Shown: positions 57,001 to 64,000 of the stretch, one piece after another
Position numbering within the stretch: the stretch's first letter is position 1
Layout: each line of letters opens with the position of its first letter
From: Podarcis liolepis
Taxonomy: Eukaryota
Strand: one strand, 5' to 3'
NCBI GenBank assembly: GCA_965112155.1
Contig: OZ218109.1
DNA: 64,000 nucleotides
The notes under the pieces: model-generated
The model's database searches: none
The model's input: the letters and a program-made list of their open reading frames with translations, nothing else
Told to the model about the DNA's origin: nothing
Made by a program: the position numbers and the translations under genes

Positions 57001-60000
57001 TATATTAAGTGATGGACCCGGGTAGCGCTGTGGTCTAAACCACTGAGCCTAGGGTTTGCTGATCAGAAGGTCGGCGGTTCGAATCCCCGCGACAGGTTGA
57101 GCTCCCCTTGCTCAGTCCCAGCTCCTGCCAACCTAGCAGTTCGAAAGCACGTCAAAGTGCAAGTAGATAAATAGGTACCGCTCTGACGGGAAGGTAAATG
57201 GCGTTTCCGTGTGCTGCTCTGGTTCGCCAAAAGTGGCTTAGTCATGCTGGTCACATGACCCGGAAGCTGTACGCCGGCTCCCTCAGCCAGTAAAGCGAGA
57301 TGAGTGCCACAACCGCAGAGTCTGCGACTGAACTTAACAGTTTTTATATTAAATGATAGTCTGATTCCGGTTGCAGAACAGTTTACTACAGAAGACTCTG
57401 GTTAAAAAGTCACCTCTTCTCTATAATCTGTTAATGAGTTCTACAATGATAACAAACAAATTGGTATCAGAAAAAATGAAATGAATTGCTATAGTCCTGG
57501 TACGACAAAGAAGATTTACAACACAAATGTAACACCAAGGATCCAAATGCAAAATATAAGCATAAAACCTTTTGCATTTTGGCCAAAAAGTCCCATTCAG
57601 TGGTCACTAATGCCCCCATGTACCTATGCTTCATTTTTGTTGTTGTGGGCTTTGCTGCATGCTCTCTGATATTTTTCAGACTATTCTGAATTTAGCAGTT
57701 GCTTAAAACAATTGTAGGCAAGACATTTTTCCTCAATCTGGAGTAACTCGTTTATTGAAGATTAATCCTGACTTATAGCCACATTGCAAGGAGTTTCATA
57801 AGTGGCTTTGTACCTACCTCCAATAGAGTTTGTGTTTGAAAGACTAATGGAACTCTTGAGGTTCACCTCTTATGATTTTTAACTAGGAAACTTTGAAGGT
57901 GATGAAAGGAGTAGCTCGTGGTCTGCATACGCTACACAAAGCTGGTATAATCCACGGATCCCTGCATAAAAACAACGTATTTGCTGTAAACCGAGAGCAA
58001 GGAATTGTTGGAGACTTTGACTTCACCAAATCAGTGGTAAAGAAGCTATCCTTTAAATATAAACAAATGAACTTCTTTCTTGTTGCTAATTAACGCAGTT
58101 CCCCTGCTTTTGAGCACATGCAAAATCTAGTGATTTTCCAATTGGATTTTCTTTGGGGGGGGGGCAAATCTTAAAACAATGTAAACAAAAAATGAAGTAT
58201 AAATATATGTGTGTGTGTGTGTGTGTGTGTGGTGGTGGTGCTGGAGGCAAATGACTTTGACCTGTCCTCTAGAATGCTGTTACCAGAATCTCCCTCTCTT
58301 CTTGCATTCCTAGAAGAGTTAAATGTGCAGCTTCTATAACACATTTGTCTGGTAATGTGAGCTGGCCTGAGGAAGATGTACAGGCGTTTCTCATAAAATA
58401 TTACACAGCAGTTTGCAGACTAAAAACAAAAACATCACTGATATCTGGTCGGGATAGAAACTCAAGTTCGAAAGGCTTGTCTGAGTAATAGCGTTTTTAG
58501 AAGGTGTCTAAAAACAAGCAGCGATGACTCCTGCTGAACCCACATTGGCAAGGAGTTCCACAGGGTTAGGGCCAGCCACGCACCTATTAAAGTGCCAGTA
58601 GCCCTCCACTTAGCAGAGCTTTGGCTCTCTCTGGTAGAGAATGGAGGAAGGAGGTGCTAACTCATACCATGTTAAACACAGAACACGACTAGACAGTATG
58701 CATTATACAGACACATACCCTTTCTCCTGGTGCTATAAAGGGGTTACTGGCTTGTTAACTAATTGCCAGAGAGAGTTAGTGGCATATATGTGTTCAGTGC
58801 CCAAAGTGCCACTGCACTGAGAATGGAAAGGTGGCTATTGCAATAGATGCATTGCTTCCTCTCTCAATTCAGGAGGTAGGATGATTTTCAGGCCTGTTGC
58901 CTAGGCTAGCATAGATCATCTGTTTTATAGGCAACGTTCAATTGTAATTCCAAGCTGTGGGGTTTTAATTTTTAGAGTCAGCGTGCTTCAATGAACTCTG
59001 TGCTCCTGAATGGCTTGAACTTAATTTCTCCTGAAGTAAGGCAGGGACAACCACCTTCCCCCGCTTCAGATATGTATGCTTTTGGTTGCCTCCTTTACTG
59101 GGTAAGTAGCTCTTCATTTATAAATGCAAAGGCTTCGTAATGTGATGCAGGCTGAATTATTGTGTTCCCTAAAGTTGCAAGCGAAGCTGTGAGCGGAATT
59201 GCCATAACTGCTCAAGTGTGAAAGTAGATCTACATTTATTAGTCTTTGTTTTGTCCCTTCGATCATCTACAGATTTTAGCCAGGGGCTCTCGTTTCCCCC
59301 CATTTTGCTTTCTTAAAGAGGTTGTCAGATCGTTCTCTGAATTTGGGAATGGATATGAATATGAAGTGTGATCAGCTTTAAGCGTGCAACAAAATGAAAT
59401 GGCAGAGTAGGCAGTGCCTTTTCAGACTGTAGGGGATGAATATTTCATCTTTGAATGCTTACCCTTATCAAGGCCCCATCTACACTAAACATTTAAAGCA
59501 GTATTATATACCATTTTAATCAGGCATGGCTTCCACCTTTGAGTTCACTGTTAGTATATAGGGACTTACTAAGAAATCTAGACTTTGTGTGAAATATAAT
59601 TGATGTTGCAGGTTACATATTTTACTTATTTAAGACAATAGGCAAATGTACAGCGGACCCTCCGGATACGAGCTTAATTCATTCCAGGGGTCCATACATA
59701 CCCCGAAAAGTCCGCACCTAGAGGTGCCGCTTCTGCGCATGTGTGTAGCGTGATAGAGTGATTTTGCGCATGCGCGCGGTGCACTTCTGTGGATGCATGG
59801 CGAAACCTGGGAGTGTACACTTCCGGTTTTGCCGTGTTTGCAACCCAAAAGTTACATTACCTGAAGGTAACGTAAACTGAGGGTCCACTGTATATCTGAT
59901 TTTGTGCAATGATTATTTTTGTCAAGGAAGCATAAATTTTAGGTCAGCAGAATAAATGTAGCACAAAGAGCTGTGATGGGGGGGGGGGTTGTTGTTAAAT

Positions 60001-61454
60001 ATACAGTGAACTGTGCTTTGCTTACCTTTTTTTTGTCCCTCTGTAAACTGGAAGTGACTGTCAGAATAGAATGGGCTAACATAATTTGGTTTTCTAGAAT
60101 TGATGTTTGAGCTAATTTTGTCATCTTTTAAAATTTATAGCTGGTTCTTGGAAAACAGGAGTTTAAAATAAAGAGAGATGGAACTCCTGAAGTGGATGGC
60201 CACTATATGGTATGTTTGTTTTCTTACCTGCATGAACTATTTAAAATAATAGTGCAGAACTGCCTAAATCATTTCATTTAGTTAATGCTAAATGATGCAT
60301 CTTTAAATATTCAAAACATGGGTGCAAGATCAAAGTGCAACATTTGTTGGTGTAAAGAAGAAGGAATGTGGACCCTGATCGTCAGGAAAATGGAAACGTA
60401 TCATTTGGAAAGTATTATGAATGGTAGGCAAGTGTAATTAATGGTAAAGTAAAGCTAAGTAATCTGAATATCAGACATGCCTGTACACTGACTCAGGGAA
60501 AATGAAATTGATGCCTGTGCAAACAGGAATTTCTTAATTTTCCTCTGAAAGTGAATAGTGAGGACTCAACTCACTAAGGGAGGGCATTCTACAAATAGGG
60601 GACCACCACTGAGAAGGCCCTGTCATGGGTCACTGTCAACTGGGCAAGCCTCAGTGTAATTATAGTAGTAATCTCTGCCGCTGTCTTGAAGGTGGTAAGG
60701 ATTGCTAAGCACTTTGCTTTCTAACAGTACATATGGGTGATAGTTCCATAAATGTGTCTGCTAGCAGTGATCACGCCCATCCTCCTGGCATAAACCCAGC
60801 TTGCAGGTAAGAAGCTACCCATCTCTTCCTTGGTGGAGAAAGAAAGGGGACAGGTAACGTCTCTCTTCCAATCCAGGCTCATGGAAGAAAGGGGTGGTTG
60901 CTTCTGCGTCTTGGGTGCCTTACAAAGTGTTGCGTGGATTGCTGATTTTGCTACTTTCCCCTGAATTCTGGGATTCTTACGTTAATGCTTATTTTATTAT
61001 AATGTTATTTTAATACATAAAACCAGAGTTTTATGTACTGTTTCTAGGTATATGCAATTTTTATTACTGTAAGCCACCTGGAGTTTTTTTTTAAAAAGGC
61101 AGAATATAAGTATTTCTAAAATAAATATGAATTATCTGCACATGTCACAGGACTTGGGCAGGTTGGTGAAGACCTCAAGTTATAATACATTTTTCTTTCT
61201 TTCTCTTTAAGGATGCTAAAGTTAAATCTCTGCTCATGAAACTCCTCTGCTTTAACAATCGAATGACCTCAGAGGAGGTGCTGAATGACGACTGTTTCCT
61301 GTTGCATGAAGTGATCCCTGTTTCAGTGGAAAGTGAGCCAACTGAACCTGGAAATGGAGAGGCAACAACAGAAAATGAAGTTGTCCTGCCTGCCATCAAA
61401 AACTATGTGATAGAACCGTTTTCAGATAATACAAACAGTGATGCCTGTGTTTAA
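31571..61454 (+). CDS. STK31: Serine/threonine kinase 31 (TDRD8), 1003 aa; join(31571..31598,31673..31716,31920..32018,32550..32624,33217..33375,35667..36022,37417..37612,38697..38809,40936..41095,43244..43366,45128..45307,47041..47157,49468..49587,49926..50057,51669..51770,53526..53606,55285..55410,56340..56465,56682..56768,57887..58036,58976..59101,60141..60209,61212..61454)
   Basis: Tudor (IYGGCFSEDKCWYRCKV...YIDYGNSE), SLEKIKQDQKMIEENEKLK coiled coil, KWFPELPLLHPE, SLERDLLDAEPM, IIHGSLHKNNVFA, GIVGDFDFTKS. 3012 nt open, with consistent phases; two GC donors. Confidence 0.95.
31920..32018 (+). CDS. STK31: STK31 exon 4
   Basis: DINRHSDILKTSRSLAEICP...LTR. Confidence 0.9.
32550..32624 (+). 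CDS. STK31: STK31 exon 5 (Tudor), GC donor
   Basis: IYGGCFSEDKCWYRCKVLKVINIEK. Confidence 0.88.
33217..33375 (+). CDS. STK31: STK31 exon 6 (Tudor)
   Basis: CQVLYIDYGNSEVLNRSEIVEIP...FDQ. Confidence 0.93.
33840..34099. mobile_element. Tc1/pogo MITE
   Basis: TA-CAGTGGACGCTCGGGTT...AACCCGAGGTATGACTG-TA. Confidence 0.78.
34539..34980 (-). mobile_element. Solo LTR (Gypsy/ERV-like), antisense to STK31
   Basis: TGTGG...CCACA termini; 5-bp TSD GTTGA/GTTGG; on the minus strand CCAAT, GGCGG, TTTAAAAAA and AATAAA occur in LTR order. Confidence 0.75.
35667..36022 (+). CDS. STK31: STK31 exon 7
   Basis: ARRFLHSLIFEKEIK...DIGEEMAKKGFAERC... Confidence 0.93.
37417..37612 (+). CDS. STK31: STK31 exon 8
   Basis: SNISLEKIKQDQKMIEENEKLKAEK. 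Confidence 0.93.
38697..38809 (+). CDS. STK31: STK31 exon 9
   Basis: EEKRYKETFEVLENALSTYIGT...LKEA. Confidence 0.88.
40793..40828. repeat. (GT)n microsatellite
   Basis: Directly visible. Confidence 0.93.
40936..41095 (+). CDS. STK31: STK31 exon 10
   Basis: RFGKDLSEAIKVVTEGC...LEKIW. Confidence 0.92.
43244..43366 (+). CDS. STK31: STK31 exon 11
   Basis: DEVQSLIQRRNEVQQNLY...RLETLQ. Confidence 0.92.
43755..44095 (-). mobile_element. Sauria SINE, full length
   Basis: Reverse-complement Sauria sequence; TSD TATAAAATAGGTA at 43742-43754 and 44099-44111. Confidence 0.93.
45128..45307 (+). CDS. STK31: STK31 exon 12
   Basis: KLQDSLEVVYGQ...EEFSSVRNATDASLQNLV. Confidence 0.92.
47041..47157 (+). 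CDS. STK31: STK31 exon 13
   Basis: FFDMTSGILLKSEDVGDNMDEVL... Confidence 0.9.
47442..47800 (-). mobile_element. L2-clade LINE 3' fragment
   Basis: RTLRSSAEGLLAVP...RGFSVVAPALWNALP...FRRHLKAALF plus 3' UTR and (TTA)n tail. Confidence 0.85.
48007..48490 (+). mobile_element. Probable LTR (sense to STK31); left boundary uncertain
   Basis: GC-rich block with GATAAA (~48344), AATAAA (~48393) and a CCACA terminus; no clean TSD found. Confidence 0.5.
49468..49587 (+). CDS. STK31: STK31 exon 14
   Basis: ELDEADKKIILNVYSEVMQKI...KYLDSIE. Confidence 0.92.
49926..50057 (+). CDS. STK31: STK31 exon 15
   Basis: FKKQIVEWLETSPNVD...LRWKLVEKNNLEE. Confidence 0.93.
50540..50730 (+). mobile_element. Old L2 LINE 3' fragment
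   Basis: Degenerate RGFSMAVPAL...CRLKMQVFALAF, resembling the younger L2 copies. Confidence 0.5.
51669..51770 (+). CDS. STK31: STK31 exon 16
   Basis: SDDDSEPKMAKIKEEITGLRNNVFEEIYKEQEEY. Confidence 0.93.
52067..52436 (+). mobile_element. Sauria SINE, full length, CpG-rich (young)
   Basis: Perfect 14-bp TSD TACACATGACGTTA at 52052-52065 and 52437-52450. Confidence 0.94.
52570..52802. mobile_element. Tc1/pogo MITE related to family B, decayed ends
   Basis: Interior GGAAACCAA...GCAGCTTCTG.TTGGCT...GTTTGCAAACC.GAACAC is shared with 27029-27264. Confidence 0.65.
53526..53606 (+). CDS. STK31: STK31 exon 17
   Basis: EKLNHLVQKWFPELPLLHPEAGILQYM. Confidence 0.93.
53976..54018. repeat. (TAT)n microsatellite
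   Basis: Directly visible. Confidence 0.93.
55285..55410 (+). CDS. STK31: STK31 exon 18
   Basis: NSGGLLTVSLERDLLDAEPMRELSTKRPLV...VLLK. Confidence 0.93.
56340..56465 (+). CDS. STK31: STK31 exon 19, GC donor
   Basis: GYAVDMNTEAEVIERAAKYHR...LMFLFLCK. Confidence 0.92.
56682..56768 (+). CDS. STK31: STK31 exon 20
   Basis: SDPLAYLMVPYYAEASL... Confidence 0.92.
57014..57344 (+). mobile_element. Sauria SINE lacking the ACCTTT tail
   Basis: Head and core intact; TSD TATATTAA(G/A)TGAT at 57001-57013 and 57345-57357. Confidence 0.9.
57887..58036 (+). CDS. STK31: STK31 exon 21 (kinase subdomains VI-VII)
   Basis: ETLKVMKGVARGLHTLHKAGIIHGSLHKNNVFAVNREQGIVGDFDFTKSV. Confidence 0.95.
58976..59101 (+). 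CDS. STK31: STK31 exon 22
   Basis: SQRASMN...ISPEVRQGQPPSPASDMYAFGCLLYW. Confidence 0.93.
59651..59890. mobile_element. Tc1/pogo MITE, family C
   Basis: TA-CAGCGGACCCTC...GAGGGTCCACTG-TA. Confidence 0.82.
60141..60209 (+). CDS. STK31: STK31 exon 23
   Basis: LVLGKQEFKIKRDGTPEVDGHYM. Confidence 0.9.
61212..61454 (+). CDS. STK31: STK31 exon 24 (last coding exon)
   Basis: DAKVKSLLMKLLCFNNRMTSEEVLNDDCFL...DACV*. Confidence 0.92.
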   Translation, partial: DAKVKSLLMKLLCFNNRMTSEEVLNDDCFLLHEVIPVSVESEPTEPGNGEATTENEVVLPAIKNYVIEPFSDNTNSDACV

Positions 61455-62149
61455 AATGCAAAGCCAAACTAGATTAGTATAATTTGGGTCCAAGAGGTAG
61501 AGTTTTCTCGACTTGTAACTTTAAACGGCAGAACAGCAAGACCTTGAAAATTTATATATATTTGTTTCCTTCCTTAGTGCATATATTTCTTTTAACAAAT
61601 TTGATGTGCATCTAGGATAGTTGCTAACCAGGCCCGAGTTTCAGTTTTGCAAACGCCTAATTTTCTCATCACATACTTTTCCCACTTGCCTTCCAGGGTT
61701 ACAGGTATTCCTTTCCTCAATACAAGAAACTTCCCAAGTTGTTTTAGGGAACCATTTGCTTAAGTTTCTGAACAGAAGGGGCTGCTTTTCAGGGAGAAGG
61801 TAGAGCTTGGCTTCAGTGATCTGGCACATTATCCCCGTTAAAGAACTTGCTGGCATTAGCAGTTCTGAAAGAGTGGCGTCTACCACTTGGTTAGTCAACC
61901 TAAAATTAGGTTCTTTAAAACAAGCATTGAAAAGAGCCCTCACAGAAGATAAATACATCAAAACCTAGAAATAATACATTGTGCCATATTCATTGACGAG
62001 CAGTGATTGCTGGATTTGTTGTTTGTTCACATTTTTACAAGGATGTTGGTGAAATACTTGTGTATAGAACATTCAGTTTATTTCCTTATATTTCTCCTCC
62101 CCCTGATCTGTTTTGGGAAAGAGTATTTTTGAGAAATGAGACTTTTTTG

Positions 62150-62155
62150 AATAAA
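62150..62155 (+). terminator. Candidate STK31 polyadenylation signal AATAAA
   Basis: AATAAA about 0.7 kb after the stop, with a GU/U-rich tract downstream (TTTTGGTGTTCTTGG). Confidence 0.55.
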
Positions 62156-62947
62156 CTTTTGAAGCGAGCCTATGGTTTACACTTTTGGTGTTCTTGGTAA
62201 ATCTCCTACAAACTTTTAAGAGGCTGGATAGGAAAGTACTTTACTTCTCTTCCTCTCCCCCCCCTTTCTTTTTCAGTGTTGTATCACAGTTTCGCATCCG
62301 ACCACTAGGTGGTACTCTTTACTTGGTCCTTTTGAGCAGGATAGCTGCCAGAAACAAGTGTGTGGTGCATACAGTAGGGAACAGCTCATGACTGGGTCAG
62401 GCTGGTCATATAAAAATGCGCATGCCTATATATAAATGTATATATAGCACAATGCAGCTTTAAAGAATGTACAATGTAGCTTTTTAATATTGGGAAGAGA
62501 AGCCATTTCCAAACATTTGTAAAGCTATTAAAAATGGGACTGGCAAAATGCTTATGGTACCATTTTCCCTCAAAGTAATTTGTCTTTTGATCAGTGTATA
62601 TAAATAACAAGCAGCTTCATTAAAAGGCAAATCACATAAAAACCCTACTAAAATGTAAAGCTACTTCATTCCCGTTGATAAAAATTTATGGAATATGGAT
62701 GAAGTCCATTAATCATACTTGGAGTAGACTTCAGTGGGTTCACTCAGACTAAGTTGGATGTTTAGAAGTTAAGAAGGTGTCAGATATACTATGGAACACT
62801 AAGAAAACCAACATAATTGATGTCCTGCAAGGCCAGTTATTAACATGCATTGAGTTGGGTGTCTTCTTGTTTTGGTTGGCTGAGGCAGAACATCACTTCC
62901 TGCTTATACCAAGGAGGGGCTCCTTCATTTGCTTTTGCTCTGTAGAG

Positions 62948-63209
62948 CAGGGGTCAACAAGGTTTATCTTGCCTGGGCTGGATCGGTCCCGCAGAGATCC
63001 CTCCGTGGGCCGGATCGCGTGTGATTTTTGACATCGGCGCAGACGCGATTTTCGGCGTCTGTGTCTGCGCAGACCCAGTTTTTGGTGCCGCAGAAGTGAG
63101 TCTCCATGCCGTGCTGCGTCGGTGGCTCAGTTCAGGGGTGGCTCTTGGGCCAGTCAAATGACCTCCACGAGCCACTTCTGGCCCATGGGCCTTAGGTTGC
63201 TGACCCCTG
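62948..63209. mobile_element. hAT (Charlie-like) MITE
   Basis: TIRs CAGGGGTCAACAA / TTGCTGACCCCTG; perfect 8-bp TSD CTGTAGAG. Confidence 0.92.
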
Positions 63210-64000
63210 CTGTAGAGGATAGAAATGTCGGAGAATTTAGTTTGATGTGCCTTTTTAAGCAAATCAACACAATTTGTACTTCCTAGACTGTTATGTGGAT
63301 TTCGACTGCACACTTCTGAATTTTGAGAAGCATTTTTTTGGGGGGGGGATGCAGAAAACATGAGAGAATAGATTGAGGAGTGACACTGACTAAAATATAT
63401 ATTGAACTATTCATCCCCAGTAGAGTCTGCCTATCAACAAACCAGCCTAAAAAGTCTATTTTTTAAAAAAAGTAAACAGTAAGGCAACAAAAATTAAAAC
63501 CAAAAAGTTCCTTAAAACAAAATTTACCTCCTTGATTGAAAACACCCAAGTGAATGAAAAGGTCTTCATGTGCCATCAAAAGCAATGTAAAGAAATGTAT
63601 CAGTAGGGTTCTCAACCTATCTGAATGAGTATTTCTTTATCTCTCATATTGATTGTGCCACATCCTTGGTGCTGTTCAGTTCAGTAATATGTTTAAAATG
63701 TCTCCATTGATAATGAAAGCCATCAGAGTATTCTGAAGGAGTGAGGTGTATATACTATGGCTGGTACCACCTTCTGATTTAATATTTGCAGGGCTTTAGT
63801 AAAGGTGAGCCAGTGATCCTAGGGAATACTGTCCCCAAGTCAGCATGGCGATATCTGTTGCTTGTGATGGGGAAGGAAACCTGGGAGACCCATCACTTAA
63901 TTCTTGTGCAAGGTTCTGTAGTATGCATTGGGGGGGAGGTGTCACTTGGAAATGTAATTAAGTGTGCAAGTATATCAGTTAAAACGCTTCATCTGAGCTG

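Overview
Vertebrate genomic DNA, almost certainly a squamate and probably a lacertid lizard, judged from Sauria/Squam1 SINEs, Squam3-like CORE SINEs and a BovB fragment. The window holds the conserved amniote block TRA2A(-) / CCDC126(+) / FAM221A(+) / STK31(+). TRA2A is present only as exon 1 plus part of intron 1. I assembled complete spliced CDSs by hand for CCDC126 (138 aa), FAM221A (300 aa, 7 exons) and STK31/TDRD8 (1003 aa, 23 coding exons; Tudor, coiled coil, pseudokinase), and all splice phases are consistent. Introns are full of MITEs (Tc1/pogo and hAT types), SINEs, LINE fragments and probable solo LTRs. Most entries in the six-frame ORF track are spurious. I see no wholly new multi-gene system. 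The best leads are: an intact minimal Penelope-type hammerhead ribozyme between the TRA2A and CCDC126 promoters; a duplicated 5' splice site in STK31 whose use creates a stop exactly at the junction before the kinase domain; two GC-AG introns; inverted SINE pairs flanking frame-preserving exon blocks (circRNA geometry); a uORF-loaded CCDC126 leader; and a solo LTR that split a perfect 20-bp hairpin. Gene and repeat identities come from recall of the families, not from database searches.
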